Assembly: GCF_009914755.1 (NCBI RefSeq)
Contig: NC_060933.1
DNA length: 64,000 bases
Reading direction: 5' to 3' (one strand)
From: the human T2T-CHM13v2.0 reference genome, Homo sapiens
Positions within the stretch are counted from its first letter, which is position 1. Each line of letters starts with the position of its first letter. Below are positions 14,776-33,022 of this stretch, piece by piece. The notes under the pieces are model-generated. The model did not search any database, had not been told where the DNA came from, and worked only from the letters and a program-made list of their open reading frames with translations. Both the position numbers and the translations under genes were made by a program.

Positions 14776-15999
14776 AAAATGGATTAATGACCTAAATGTA
14801 AGACCTAAAATTATAGAACTGTAATTTATAAAATTATATTTATAAAACTAAAATTTATAAAATTATAAAATTACCTAGTAAGATAAAAATATAGGGGAGA
14901 AGCTTCATGTTTTTGGATTTGGCAATGATTTCTTGGACATGACACCAAAGGCAGAGGAAATAAAAGCAAAAATATACAAATGGAACTAAATCAAACTTCA
15001 GATCTTCTTCACAGAAAGGAAATAATGAAGAGAGTGAAAAGGCAACGTACAGAACAGAAGAAAATATTTGTAAACCATGTATCCGATGAGGGTTAATATC
15101 CAAACATATAGAGAATTCCTACAACTCAACAACATCAAAACTAGACAAACAAACAAACAAACAAAAAACCCTATTAACAAAGTATTTGAATAGACGTTTC
15201 TTTAAGGATGACATCAATATGGCCAACATATAAAAATATGTTCAATATCACTAATCAGAGAAATGCAAATCAAAACCACAATGAGATGTCACCTCACATC
15301 TCTTAGCTAGATCACTATCCAAAAAGACAAAACAGAAACAGAAAATAAGAAATACTGGCAAGGATATAGAGAACTTGAAACCCCTGTGCACTGTTGGTGG
15401 CAACGTAAAATGGTGTAGCCACTATGGAAAACAGAGGTTCTTCAAAAAATTTAAAACAGAACTACCATATAGTCCAGCAATCCCACTTCTGGGTATATAT
15501 CAAAAAAATTTAAAGTAGGATTTTGAAAAGATATTTGCACATCCATCTTTATTGCAGTATTACTCACAATAGCCAAGAGTTGGAAGGACACTAATATCTC
15601 CTGACAAATCATTAATGTATAAACCATATATTCACTGGAATATTATTCAGCCTAAAGAAAGAAGAAAATCTTACCGTATGCTACAACACGGATAAGGCTT
15701 GAGCACATTATGCTACATGAAATATGCCAGTCATAAAAGGAATAATGCTGCATGATTCCCTGTGTATACGTTTTCTAAAGTAATCAAATTCATAGAAACA
15801 GAAAGTAGAATGTGACAACCAGAGCTAGGGAAGAGGGGGAAATGGGGAGTTTTTCCACGGGTACAGAGTTTCCCTTTGGCAAGATGAAAAAGTTACAGAG
15901 GCCTATTGCACAACAACTTGCATACAGTTAACAGTACTGTACTGTACACTTGAAAATGGTTAAAATGTTAAATTTTGTTATCTTTTGTTTACTCACAAA

Positions 16000-16612
16000 A
16001 AAGGAATGAGGAGCTGATACATGCCACAACATGGAGAACCCTGAAAACATTATGTTAACTGAAAGAAGTCAGTAACAAAAGACCACATATTATTGACTCC
16101 ACTCATATGAAATGTCCACAATAGGACAATCTACTGGGAGAAAGAAGCCTAGTTGCTGCTTAGGAAGACAAGGAGTAATAGCTGAAGCGTGTGGCTTTTT
16201 TTTCTTTCTTTTTTTTTCTTAAGATGGAGTCTTGCCCTGTCACCCAGGCTGGAGTGCAGGGTTCAAGCAATTCTCCTACCTCAGCCTCCCAAGTAGCTGG
16301 GACTACAGGTGTGTGCCACAATGCCTGGATAATTTTTGTATTTTTAGTAGAGATGGGGTTTCACCATATTGGCCAGGCTGATCTCAAACTCCTGACCTCG
16401 TGATCTGTCCGCCTTGGCCTCCCAAAGTGCTGGGATTACAGGCGTGAGCCACTGCGCCCGGCCATGACTTTTATTTCTGAGGTGATAAAAATGTTCAAAA
16501 GTTGACTGTGGGGATGGTTGCACATATCTCTAAAACACTAAAAAATATTGAATTGTAAATTTTATATGGGTGAATTGTACGGTGCATGAGTCATACCTCA
16601 ATGAAGCTACGT
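16000..16612 (+). mobile_element. L1MB-like 3' end fragment interrupted by an Alu
   Basis: aaaacattatgttaactgaaagaagtcag...ggtgaattgtacggtgcatgag. Confidence 0.7.
16196..16463 (-). mobile_element. AluS with ~40-bp internal deletion in the right arm
   Basis: ggagtgcag joined directly to ggttcaagc. Confidence 0.88.
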
Positions 16613-16699
16613 AGAAAGTAAGCTCTATTGTCTTCTCTTTCCCCTGGCGAAACACCTCAGCTTAGGGCAAGTCTGAACAGAAACCTTGCCTCTCAGTGA

Positions 16700-17626
<927 letters not shown>

Positions 17627-17753
17627 TACAATTTCCTGTATTATTCAGTCTGTGCATTTTTCTGTGTTGCTGGGCACTGGGTTGTCAGGCAGCTGTGATA
17701 GGTGTCAGGACTAAAACAACGAACATGCACAGCCTCTGTCCATAGGAACTTAC

Positions 17754-20400
<2,647 letters not shown>

Positions 20401-20455
20401 TTTCTATCTTTACTGAATTCCTGTCGATGTTACATTAATATTAGTGTATTCTTAC

Positions 20456-20585
20456 CATGCTTCAAATAGTGAAGCATATTTGAACATGTCTGGCACGGTC
20501 ACTGGTAAGTTGCTTTCTATGAACACATCTTTTCTGCCTCAAGGGTTGATGTGTGTGAGGCAATAATAAAGCAATAATATAAATT
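20456..20585 (-). pseudogene. Exon remnant FILLLYYCLTHINP*GRKDVFIESNLPVTVPDMFKYASLFEA (phase 1 to 2)
   Basis: Acceptor tatacag; donor tg/gtaaga; one TGA. Confidence 0.55.
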
Positions 20586-20696
20586 CTGTATACCAGAAGG
20601 AGGACTCTGCATTCTCCTTTACCACTGCCCCATTTACCATGGTAGAATATAAGACATGCATCTTTTATAGTCTTATATTTATTTTTAGAGCCTGAC

Positions 20697-20965
20697 CTGT
20701 TGCCTTATTTTTGCTCAAAAACATTGATAATTGAATTTTTTTTTTGCGTAAGCAAAAAATCAATTAAATATGATACTCTGGATATAATTCTTATATGGTA
20801 ACTTTTTCAATTGAACATTTTCCCTAATACTACTCCATGCAGAATAAAAAACAATGTTCTTCGTTCTGGAAATGTGACAGTTTACTCATCCACACGAACA
20901 TTTGGAAAATTTGCCCAAATTTCTAGATCTTCAAAGTCTGAAGCTCTTTTTCCATTTATCTCATC
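20697..20965 (-). pseudogene. Exon remnant DEINGKRASDFEDLEIWANFPNVRVDE*TVTFPERRTLFFILHG... (starts phase 0)
   Basis: Acceptor ttttgtttag/G; donor cag/gtcagg; about 89 codons with 3 stops. Confidence 0.55.
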
Positions 20966-21304
20966 CTAAACAAAATTTAAGTACAATGAGGAGGAGCTCT
21001 CAGTAATCTTTTTGTCCTTAGTGGCTTTCTGCTTTTCTTTATCATGGGCTGCACTACTAAAAATAAATTGGTACATTGTTGGCCAGCTCCAAAAGAATTG
21101 ATGATTTAACAGTCAAATAATATGTTTCATAAAATAGTAATTACAGATCAAATAATTTGTTTTCACTCACTACAGAAAATGTAAAATGTTGCCAAACTGG
21201 CAACTGCCTAAACAAAAACAATATCAGTTCCAGAAATTCCACACGTATATATTATAATATGCAGTATCTATAATCTTAACAGCTTTGTAACTAATGGACT
21301 CTAA

Positions 21305-21656
<352 letters not shown>

Positions 21657-22480
21657 TGTATTTGGATTTTTCTATCCTAACTTTTCTTTAATAATTTGAT
21701 CCACTGTTCAACAGCAATCAGCAAACATCTATTTACTCAGTAACATTCATCAAGCCTTTCCAAGTCATATAACATTATTGCTTCCTACCCTAAAGAAATC
21801 TATCTGAAAACATCACTCATAGCTGAACAAATCAGTGCTGGAGCAAAAACTAGAATTCTGATTTTTGGCTCCAGTATATTTCCATGACCTAAACTTGTCT
21901 CTTAAACACTGACTACTTGATTACAAGTCCAGATTCTGCAGAACACTGATCATGTTTTTCTGCTGTTGTTAGGACATTTATTCAAATGACTGGTCTAAAT
22001 AGTCCATATTAAGGCCTCTCCACAGTAATAGCCTTCCTAGATATAAAGGATCATGGGGGAGAAAATGAAGACAGATTTTTTAAAATTTTGTTTAAGCCCA
22101 ATTTTTCTTCTTCTATATTGCTTTCAGCACTTGAGGCACATGAATACTTTGTACGACCTTTTCTCTGAATGGAAAATGAATTCTCCTGCACTCAGCATAT
22201 CAAATCCTGAGAGACTTTCCTGGACCGACTTTGGCCACCTCAATTTCTGAAATGTTATACTGATTACTTCTTTAAGATATTGTTTGGCCCAAGGTCATGT
22301 AACATATGAGTTCATTCTGCGCATGAAGCTCCCCAGAGAACAACGGTACACAATGTCAGTTTGGTTATGGCATCTGAAAACTCATAAAAGCAGATTTTCA
22401 TTAAAAGCAGTATTACCCCCAGCCCTTGCCTTCTGAGAATTCACATATGAATAATTAGGAGTCTGTAAGTAGGGGCCTAC

Positions 22481-22709
22481 CTGTAGTACACATTTCTCCT
22501 GTTTTTGAAGTAAAAGGATATTTCTATAAAGTTTCTCAAACATTTTCTACTTTTTCATCATTGTCAAGTCATTTATTTTTTGAAGTTGAGCTTTACATTT
22601 ACTTGCATAGTTGGAGTTTATAGCCCTGTTGTTTTGTTTTAAATTACAAGATGATAAAAATAAATCTTTAAGTCCTTTCCTAAATTCATCAGTTAATTGT
22701 AATCCAATC
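22481..22709 (-). pseudogene. Exon remnant IGLQLTDEFRKGLKDLFLSSC...KK*KMFEKLYRNILLLQKQEKCVLQ (phase 2 to 0)
   Basis: Acceptor ttttctttatatag/G; donor cag/gtaggc; 76 codons with one stop. Confidence 0.65.
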
Positions 22710-22943
22710 CTATATAAAGAAAAGTAGTATTTATTGCCTCTATATTCATCATTAACAGAAATAAATATAAAATTAAAAGTAGCATGCCAGTTAAAAACCA
22801 AGAAAGAATACTGGGCTTCTGAACTTAACAGGGAAATCTATTATCAGACTATTTTAATCATTTTCTAATTGTGCATATGAAAGACTGACAGAAATATAAG
22901 TTGTCTTTACTGAGTGCTGGGAGTATGAGTTGTATGATCATAA

Positions 22944-23733
<790 letters not shown>

Positions 23734-24008
23734 ATGATCAAGACAGAACTCATATTCTTTGATACATTCTTGATTTGTCCATTTATTTTATTAGAAGAAT
23801 TTTTGTCGAATATGAGAGTACCTTACATAAAGTATGCACTAAATAAACTGAATAAAATTGACAATATGCAATGTCAAAGACAAAACATAATGGCAGTATT
23901 ATACTATATAGAAATCTACTTAGAGAGTTAAATAATGTAGTATTGTAAATATGTATCTTTTAATACACAATGCCATAAAATGCACAAATACCCATATATT
24001 AACCAGAC

Positions 24009-24276
<268 letters not shown>

Positions 24277-24859
24277 TAACCACATTCAAGCTAAAGGAAT
24301 TGTTTTTTTCACACGTTGAGATTTAGGAACAATGCCACATCTCTCAGCACTGTTTGCATTTGCTTAGCTTCATTCTCAAGCAGGCCTTTTCCCTATGGTG
24401 CCAAGATGGCCTCTGCCATCTCCATCGATCACTTGTTCCAAGTAAAAGCAAGAGAGACCTATCTTGCCCCAATATTGGAATATTATAATCTCATAGAGGA
24501 TCTATGATCCTAATATGATTCCATGCCTACCCTTGGACTCACAACTAGAGTAAGGAATATAAGGAGCCATGGTTGATGAGATTAGACCTGGTCAATTGCT
24601 CATGCTTGTAGTCAGAGGCAGCAGTTTCACAATTAAAAGAGGTTGTTGGATTAAAAAAAATAAGAGTGTTACTACATTCTTTCTGTGACTTTAACAAAAA
24701 GGTAAATGGCCACTGTAGCGCATATTTTGCCCATGGGTGAGATGGAAGTAGAGCTTTGAGTGGTCATAGCAGGTAGAAAATTTTATGGAAAACAATGCCT
24801 AATAAAGAAAGAAAGATGTGGAGAAAGCTAGTGCTTTACAGAACTTCCTGCGGTGAAGG

Positions 24860-24985
24860 AAATCTTCCATACCTATGCAATATGGTAGCAACATATTGAG
24901 CGCTTGAAATGTGGCTCATGTAACTAAAAAACTATATTTTTAGTTTTGTTTGATTTAAATATATTTACATTTAAATAGCCACAGT
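24860..24985. mobile_element. MER3-like hAT-Charlie fragment
   Basis: attgagcgcttgaaatgtggctcatgtaact...tttaaatagccaca. Confidence 0.6.
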
Positions 24986-25111
24986 GCAGCCTTCCTCATG
25001 GTGACTTTGAAGAGTCAGTCTATATGTATCTTTACAATAAAGTCATTGTTCCTTTTAGTCTTTATTAGTCCTTTGAATGATATTATAATTAAACAAAAAC
25101 CAAAATCCAAC

Positions 25112-25211
25112 TTTTGAAAAGCTACTATTCCTCATTCTTTCAGAAACTGAACAGAAAATAGCTATAGATACTATGAATATTCTTCAATATTCATTTTTTG
25201 TTTCAAAAAAT
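25112..25211 (-). pseudogene. Exon remnant FLKQKMNIEEYS*YL*LFSVQFLKE*GIVAFQ (ends phase 2)
   Basis: Acceptor ctctttcattttaccag; weak donor gttgga; needs a 1-bp slip in the T6 run. Confidence 0.4.
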
Positions 25212-25369
25212 CTGGTAAAATGAAAGAGCATATTATAAGTAATTCAAAAATTTGATTATTCCAATGTGATTGTTTCCATTGTACCATGTTGGACAAGCAC
25301 TGATACAAAAAATTTTAATATAGCATGAAAATGAAATCAAACAATAAATTTGCTATAAAGTGTGCTTAC

Positions 25370-25456
25370 ATTGAATTATAACATCTTTTGTAGTTTTCTT
25401 TTCAAATTAAAAATATATGACTAATTTGAATCTCGTGGAATATTATAATCCTTGTC
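25370..25456 (-). pseudogene. 87-bp symmetric exon remnant
   Basis: Acceptor cctgcttttttcag/G; donor gtaagc. Confidence 0.5.
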
Positions 25457-25724
25457 CTGAAAAAAGCAGGCTGACCTCCGGGAAATTTTAATAGTGCTAA
25501 GATTGAGATAATTGTAACCAAACAGTTACTCTTTAATAACCATCATTTTCTAGATATGTGCTAACCACATGTACGCACATTTCCTTATCTAATTACATTT
25601 GAACTTTACAATAACCCTTTATCTTAGGATCATTTCATTACAAGAGATAGTTGCCTGTCATTGAAACTAGCTTAAACAAAACAAAAGAAAGAGATCTAGT
25701 GGAAGAAATAGGACAGCTGACAGG

Positions 25725-26154
25725 CCTTGCCTAGGAAGCCTCCTGAATGCTGGCATGAAGGTTTGAGGTCCAGGAACTAATGTTTCACTTATTGTTCATT
25801 TGTGGCCTCCTGATGTGTCATCTCTGCTTTTACTCCACATAGTTTCTTTGTTCCCCTTATTTTCATTAAGCATTCTTTCCTGTTTACTTAAACCTCTGCA
25901 GAGAGGGCAGTCTGAATGTTGAAATTCCACCTCATCTTGCAGTTCAGTCACCTCACACCAATTTACTTCCTTGCCTAGGAAGCCTCCTGAATGCTGGCAT
26001 GAAGGTTTGAGGTCCAGGAACTAATGTTTCACTTATTGTTCATTTGTGGCCTCCTGATGTGTCATCTCTGCTTTTACTCCACATGGTTTCTTTGTTCCCC
26101 TTATTTTCATTAAACATTCTTTCCTGTTTACTTAAACCTCTACAGAGAGGGCAG
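25725..26154 (+). repeat. 186-bp direct duplication (25725-25910 and 25969-26154) with a 58-bp spacer
   Basis: ccttgcctaggaagcctcctgaatgc...cagagagggcag occurs twice with 3 mismatches. Confidence 0.95.
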
Positions 26155-26905
26155 CATCTGCAGCATCTACAATTGAAGGAGGTGATGAACCAGGCAAACA
26201 TAATGCCTTGGATCTTGTAGGTCAGAGGTCCACGCCTGGTCCAGTCCTCTCTGCCTGGGGTACAGGGATAGGAATTTTATGCTCAAAACATGGAATCTAG
26301 AGAGTGAGGACCACATTCTTTAAGAAGTACCAATAAAAAATGGGTGAGGAATGAGCTTGGTTCAGCCAGTGAATTAGATAACATGATTCTGATTTTAAAT
26401 TTGAGGAAACAGTCTCATAGAAGTTCAAATCTTAGTCTGGCTTGTGATCAGACAGACCAAAGTATGAACCCTGACTTATCTTTCAGTATCTGTGAAACTT
26501 TTGGAAAGTTACTTACCCTTTCTGAATGTTCAATTATGTTTGTTAGAAAGCAAAAATAAAATGCAACCCACATAAAAACGCTTAGCATTTACCCAACTAG
26601 AAGCATATAACCCACCTCCCACTTTTTACCCCCTGCCCCACAGTCAGAGGCCAAGGGCAGAGATGGCCTTGTCTATGAATGCACTTAGAAGGGCTTCAAA
26701 AGTGTGGATTACAAACCAAAGAAGGACAGAGCTGCAGAAAGCTGGGTGCCCTGCATGAGAGATTTATAGAGGTTTGATGTTTGTTTTTTTACCCTTGAGA
26801 GGAAAAAAGCATCAGAAATGAAAATAAGTATATATAAGAGCAAGCTAGCAGTAACATTGATTAACCTCTGTTATTTTCTTTGCTCTGTGTAATGACATCC
26901 CTGAC

Positions 26906-27032
26906 TTTTCCTACAATAGGCAATGAATTTTCCATGCAAGCAAGGTCTTGTTTATTATTTTCTTTTGTTGTCATGTGAAAATCCAACAAATGACATTGCA
27001 TTCCTCATGTGGAAGTAAGAAGTTTCTAGATG
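26906..27032 (-). pseudogene. Exon remnant, frame ambiguous (phase 2 to 0 fits its neighbours)
   Basis: Very strong acceptor tcttttttctctttgcag; donor gtcagg. Confidence 0.5.
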
Positions 27033-27423
27033 CTGCAAAGAGAAAAAAGAGTTTAGAGAACTTGTCAATTCAGAGTCAGGGAATCTGAAATTCACATAAA
27101 TGCAGGAGGGCTACTGGGATTTTCCACCAGTGTGGTAATAAACCCATTTTATCTAGATCTTAAAATGCAGAGATAATTCAGCTTATTTCATGATTATGTA
27201 TAGTAATTAATTAAAGGTAGATAAATACTTATATTAATTAAAGGTAGATAACTGACAGAAGGCAAATTGGAAAGAAAATGGTGTTTGGAGCCACAAAGAT
27301 CTGGGTTCAAGTTCTACCTCAGCTACATAGAACTATGTAACCTTGGGTATTTTGCTTAAATCATCTGAGACTCAAATTTTTCATTTCTCAAATTGAGATA
27401 TTAGTATTGATCTCACAGGAGTA

Positions 27424-27953
27424 CAGTAAGTCTTCACTTAATGGCATTGACAGGTTCTTAGAAACTGCAACTTTAGGCTGGGCATGGTGGCTCATGCCTG
27501 TAATCCTAGCACTTTGAGAGGCCAAGGCGGGTGGATCACGAGGTCAGGAGATTAAGACCATCCTGTCTAACATGGTGAAACCCAGTCTCTACTAAAAAAA
27601 AAAATACAACAAAAAAAATAAATTAGCTGGGCGTGGTGGCGGGCTCCTGTGGTCCCAGCTACTTAGGAGGCGGAGGCAGGAGAATGGTGTGAACCCAGGA
27701 GGCGGAGCTTGCAGTGAGCCCAGATCGCGCCACTGCACTCCAGCCGGGGCAACAGAGGGAGACTCTGTCTCAAAAAAAAAAAAAAAAAAAAAGAAACTGC
27801 AACTTTAAGTAAAATATTGTACTATATAACAAAACCAATTTTACCATATGCTAATTGATATAAGAGTTAAGTTCCTATGGCATACAGTATGTCTTTTCAC
27901 TTAAAGTTGCAATTTCAAATAACCTATCAATGACATTAAGTTATGACTTACTG
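27424..27953. mobile_element. TcMar-Tigger MITE (MER6B-like) interrupted by an Alu
   Basis: TIRs cagtaagtcttcacttaa / ttaagttatgacttactg flanked by TA. Confidence 0.8.
27476..27792 (+). mobile_element. AluY inside the MITE
   Basis: TSD agaaactgcaacttta. Confidence 0.93.
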
Positions 27954-28084
27954 TACATGTAATGTGCCTAAGACATTATGTTTTATGTGAACATTGAGTG
28001 ATATTTGATGCCCAGAGCATGGGCCCTGGAGTCAGACTCCCTGGGTGAGCTTTGTAACTATGTGGCCTTGAGACACTTACTCCC

Positions 28085-28638
28085 TGTATTAGAGTCCTCT
28101 GGATAAACAGATTGTGTGTGTATGTGTGAGTGCGTGTGTGTGTGTGCATGCACGTGTGCGTGCGTGTGTGCATATGTGTGCATGTGTGTGTGTGTGTACA
28201 CATGCATATATATAATAAAATTTATGATAAGGAATTGGCTCATGTAATTATGGAGGCTGAGAAGTCCCAAGATGTGCAACTGACAAGCTAGAGACTTGGG
28301 AGAGCCAATGGTGTAGTTCCAGTGTGAGTCTGAGGAGCCAATGTTTCAGCTGAGTCTGAAGACAGAAGACACCAATGTCCAAGCTGAAACCGCCAGGCAG
28401 GAGCAGTTCTTTCTTATTTGCTCAAGAATCAGCCTTTTTGTTCTACTTAACAGACTTTCTGGTGATTAGATGAGGGCCACTCACATTAAGAAGGACAATC
28501 TGCTTTCTTTAACTAGTCTACTGATTGCAATGTTAATCTTATCAGAAAACACCCTCATGGAAGTACCCAGAAGAATGTTTGATCAAATGTCTGTGCACCC
28601 ATGCCCAGTCAAGTAAATGCATAAAATCAACCATCACA
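28085..28638 (-). mobile_element. MLT2 (ERVL) solo LTR with (TG)n tract at 28113-28200, inserted in a MIR
   Basis: aggaattggctcatgtaattatggaggctgagaagtcccaagat...aaaatcaaccatcaca. Confidence 0.85.
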
Positions 28639-29330
28639 CCGTGTATGAGCCTCACTTGCCTCAGGTAAAAGGGCAAAATGATAATAATAACCTTCCCAGG
28701 GAGTTATGAGAATCCAGTAAATCAACAGTTACGTATTTTACAATAGTACCTGGTATATGATAAGCACTATGTGTGGATATGTTGAACTAAATACATAAGT
28801 AAAACTGAGGAAAAGGAGCTGCCTCCCAGAGGTATTCTCCCATCCCTGTTTGTCTCAGGGAATAACTAATTTAGTTTTTTCATCTCATTTAATGTTTGAG
28901 CTTCACATTCAGTCAATAATCTTATAAGCTATTTCTTCCCCTGAATATATTATTCTGTTCAGAAAAACTACTTGATTTCATTATAAGTGGAGTAAACAAA
29001 CAAGCAAAAAACCAAAAAACCAAAAAACCCTTGTTGATTGGCATTCCAAGTGAGAAAAGCAAAAAAAAAAAAAAAAAAAAAAAAAAACTGCTTGTTTTTA
29101 AAAATTAAAATATCATTGTATTGCCTATTGCCTTTTAGAAATTACATATCCCCAAATAATACAAGTGAAATGGGGAAAAATTAACATAGATTTTTTTCTC
29201 TGTTATTTAGAATCGGATTTGCAGATGAGTTAACTATATTCTAAATACAGATATCACATAGGACGAAAAGGTTAAAAAAAGGTCTCTGTTCTTTTCTCCT
29301 TCCTTAAACATTATGCATCAAAATATTTAC

Positions 29331-29456
29331 GTATTTTCAAGATGTGTCTTATCAGATATTCAATCTGTATATATTCATAGTTTTAATGGACTTTCATGGA
29401 TATCCTTTCCATAAGTGATGATTAAAAATCTCAGCTTAGGTGGTAGTCTGTTTTTA
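29331..29456 (-). pseudogene. Exon remnant KNRLPPKLRFLIITYGKDIHESPLKL*IYTD*ISDKTHLEN (phase 2 to 2)
   Basis: Acceptor ctccgcttgtgtag; donor gtaaat; 126 bp. Confidence 0.5.
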
Positions 29457-29507
29457 CTACACAAGCGGAGCACCGAGTTTATTTAAATCTCCCAGGCACT
29501 TGGTCAT

Positions 29508-31790
29508 GGATGTGGCTGAAGGACTATGGCTCAGATGGGTTGCATAATATAAAGGGACAGAATGGCCAATAAACACTACCTCTTCAACTGGATTGCCCAG
29601 GAGGACACGTTGGGACTCATCAAGGAAGCAACAAAACCCCGAGAGAAGAGAGAAGAGTGAGACAGGACAGCTGCCCACCTGGGATTGGCATGGAGCCAAG
29701 GAAGGCTTCTCACCACAGGGAAAGGGTGAGTGAGCAAGAGCCCCCAGGAGCCCATACTCTTGCCATGCATCTCTGAAATCCTGGGCACAGGAGATCCCCT
29801 GACCCTCTCTCTCCAGGGCCTCCAGACTGACAGAGCGCTGTGCGGAGTCTGGGCAGAGCTGCCACTCAGGCACATATGGAGCCTCAAGGGCCTTGGGCTC
29901 CTGAGCATCCCAGGGTCAGCTGCCATAGCTCTGCCAGCAGGTGAGGCCAAGCCCTCTTGCATGCTCCCAAGATACATGCTGCTTTCACAGTGCTGAGGAG
30001 CAGACAGACTATAGGCCTTACCTTCGCCACACCTTGCCAGCCAAAGCCCACCGGCCCAGGTCCCCAGCGCAGCCAACACACCCCTGCCTGAATACTTAGG
30101 CTAGTAGCGACTCTGCACTTCCCTGGGCCAGAGCTCCCAGAGTTAACTGACAGTTCTGCCTTTTTGCTGCTGCTGCAGCCCCCACCCCTACTGCCCTGAG
30201 GCGGCAGAGGGAGTAAGTGATGAGCCTAAGGACTATCATATGTCTCCAATGCAGTGCAGCTGCCATACAGAAAAGCAGCCAGACTATTTCCCATGTGGAT
30301 TCCTGCCCCTGCTACTCCTCATTGTGCAGGGCCTCCCAACCTGGACCCCAGCACAGTCATCCTGCCCCCGCCTGAGCACTTCAGTCAGTGGTGGCACTGC
30401 GTTTATCTGGAGAGGAAATCCCAGAGACGACCCAAAGGCTGTCTACCATCTCAGCTGCAGGGATATTGCACTTGCTGCCCTCGGGCTGGGGAAAGAACAA
30501 AGATCCTGACTGTTTTGCTGGTACCTCCAGCATGCTGCAGCTGCCATACAGAGAGGAACCCAGTCTCTTTTCCCTGTGAACCCCTGACCCCCTGCTCTAC
30601 ACCAGGCAGGGCCCCTGGATTGGGCCTGCCATGCAGCCACCCCACCCCCAGCTGATCATTCCCATTGGCAGTAGCTTCATGTATCTCTGGGGTGGAGTTC
30701 TCAGAGGCAACTGACGATCCCTCTGACACCACTGCTACAGCGGTGCCTGCTATTGCTGCCACCAGGTTGGGAAAGAACAAAGAACCTGAGTGCCTTATTA
30801 CACCTCCAGCACACCACAGGCACTCAGGTTCTTTGCTCTTTCCCAAAGAGGCCAGACTGTCTTCCCTGTGAGCCCCCACCCCCTGCTCACCACCAGGCAA
30901 GGCCTACAACTTGGGTGTGTGATGTAGCCACTCCACCCCGGGCTGATCATTTTGGTTAGCAGAGGCTCTGCATTTCTCTGGGTTGGAGCTCCAAGAGGTA
31001 AGTGTAACGCCCTCTAACATTGTCACTGCCAAGGTCCCTGCCCCTGCTGCCTGCAAGCTGGGGAGTGAACAAAGAGCCTGAGCTGAGCCCTCACTCATTC
31101 TATGAGGCCAGCATTATTCTGATACCAAAACCTGCCAGAGAAACAATGGAAAAAGAAAACTTCAGGCCAATATCCCTGATAAACATAGATGCAAAAATCC
31201 TCAACAAAAATCCAGCAGCACATCGAAAAGCTAATCTACCAAATCAAGTAGGCGTTATTCCTAGGATATAAGGTTGGTTCAACATACATAAATCCATAAA
31301 TGTGATTCATTGCATAAGCAGAACTAAAAACAAAAACCACATGATCATCATAGAAAAGTCTTTCAATAACATTCAACATCTTTTCGTGTTTAAAAACCCT
31401 CAACAAACTAAGTATTGAAGGTACATAACTCAAAATAATAAGAGCCATCCGTGACAACTCACAGCCAGCATCATACTGAATGGGCAAAATCCAGAAACAT
31501 TCCCCTTGAGAACTGGAACAAAACAAGGATACCCACTCTCATCACTCCTAGCCATTGTAGTACTGGAAGTCCTAGCAAGAGCAATCAGGTAAGAGAAGGA
31601 AATAAAAGGTGTCCAAACAGGAAAAGAGGAAGTCAAACTATCTCTGTTTGCAGATAATATGATTCTATACCTAGAAAATCCCAGTCTCTGACAAAAGGGT
31701 CCCAGCTCTGATAAACAACTTCAACAAAGTTCCAGGATAGAATATCAATGTCCAAAATTCAGTAGCATTTCTATAAACCAATAACATCCA
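29508..31790 (+). mobile_element. Old L1P element: 5'UTR with ~285-bp tandem units joined directly to the ORF2 RT region
   Basis: GC-rich 5'UTR to about 31090, then cactcattctatgaggccagc...ctgtttgcagataatatg. Confidence 0.8.
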
Positions 31791-32997
31791 ATCTGCTGGA
31801 ATTTGCTGGAGGTCCACTCCAGACCCTGTTTGCCCAGGTATCACCAGCGGAGGCTGCCGGACAGCAAAGATTGCTGCCTGTTCCTTCCTCTGGAAGCTTT
31901 GTCCCAGAGGGGCACCCACCAGATGCCAACCAGAGCTCTCCTGTGTGAGGTGTCTGTCGACCCCTGCTGGGAGGTGTCTCCCAGTCAGGATGTGCAGGGG
32001 TCAGGGACTCACTTGAGAAGGCAGTGTGTCCCTTAGCAGAGCTTGAGCGCTGTGCTGGGAGATCCATTGCTCTCTTCAGAGCCAGCAGATAGGAACGTTT
32101 AAGTCTGCTGAAGCTGTGCCTGCAGCTGCCCCTTCCCCCAGGTGCTCTGTCCCAGGGAGATGGGAGTTTTATCTATAAGCCCCTGACTAGGGCTGCTGCC
32201 TTTCTTTCAGAGATGCCCTTCCCAGAGAAGAGGAATCTAGAGAGGCAGTCTAGCTACAGTGGCTTTGCTGAGCTGCAGTGGGCTCCACCCAGTTCAAACT
32301 TCCTGGCAGCTTTGTTTACACTGTGAGGGGAAAACCGCCTACTCAAACCTCAGTGATGGCTTGAGTAGCCTTCCCCCCACCAAGCTCAAGCATCCCAGAT
32401 CAACTTCAGACTGCTGTGCTGGCAGTGAAAATTTCAAGCCAGTGGATCTTAGCTTGCTGGGCTCTGTTGGGGTGGGATACTCTGAGCTAGAATACTTGGC
32501 TCCCTGGTTTCAGCCCCCTTTCCAGGGGAGTGAACGGTTCTGTTTTGCTGGCATTCTCAGGCACCAATGGGGTATGAAAAAACTCCTGCAGCTAGCTCGG
32601 TGTCTGTCCAAATGGCCACCCAGTTTTGTGCTTGAAACCCAGGGCCCTGGTGGTGCAGGCACCCGAGAGAATCTCCTGGTCTGCAGGTTGTGAAGACCAT
32701 GGGAAAAGCATAGTACGTGGGCTGTAATGCACCATTCCTCATGGCACAGTCCCTCATGGCTTCCCTTGGCTAGGGGAGGGAGTTCCCCAACCCCTTGCAC
32801 TTCGTGAGTGAGGTGATGCCCCACCCTACTTCAGCTCACCTTCCTTGGGCTGCACCCACTGTCTAACCAGTCCCAATGAGATGAGCTGGTTACCTCAGTT
32901 GGAAATGCAGAAATCACCCACCTTCTGCCTTCTGCGTTGATCTCACTGGGAGCTGCAGACCAGAGCTGTTCCTATTTGGCCACCTTGCCAGCCACCC
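31791..32997 (-). mobile_element. L1PA7/8-like 5'UTR only
   Basis: Sense start ggctggcaaggtggccaaataggaacagctctggtctgcagctcccag; ends before ORF1. Confidence 0.85.
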
Positions 32998-33022
32998 TGA
33001 CTTGTTTATTTTCGATGCTAAC

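Noticed and set aside
30170-31085. About 285-bp tandem units (gggaaagaacaaaga.cctga repeated three times) as a novel array
   Set aside because: Lie within an old L1 5'UTR, where tandem monomers are a known feature; divergent, with no repeat-spacer structure.
29457-32824. Cluster of 100-170 aa ORFs
   Set aside because: All lie within GC-rich L1 5'UTR sequence.
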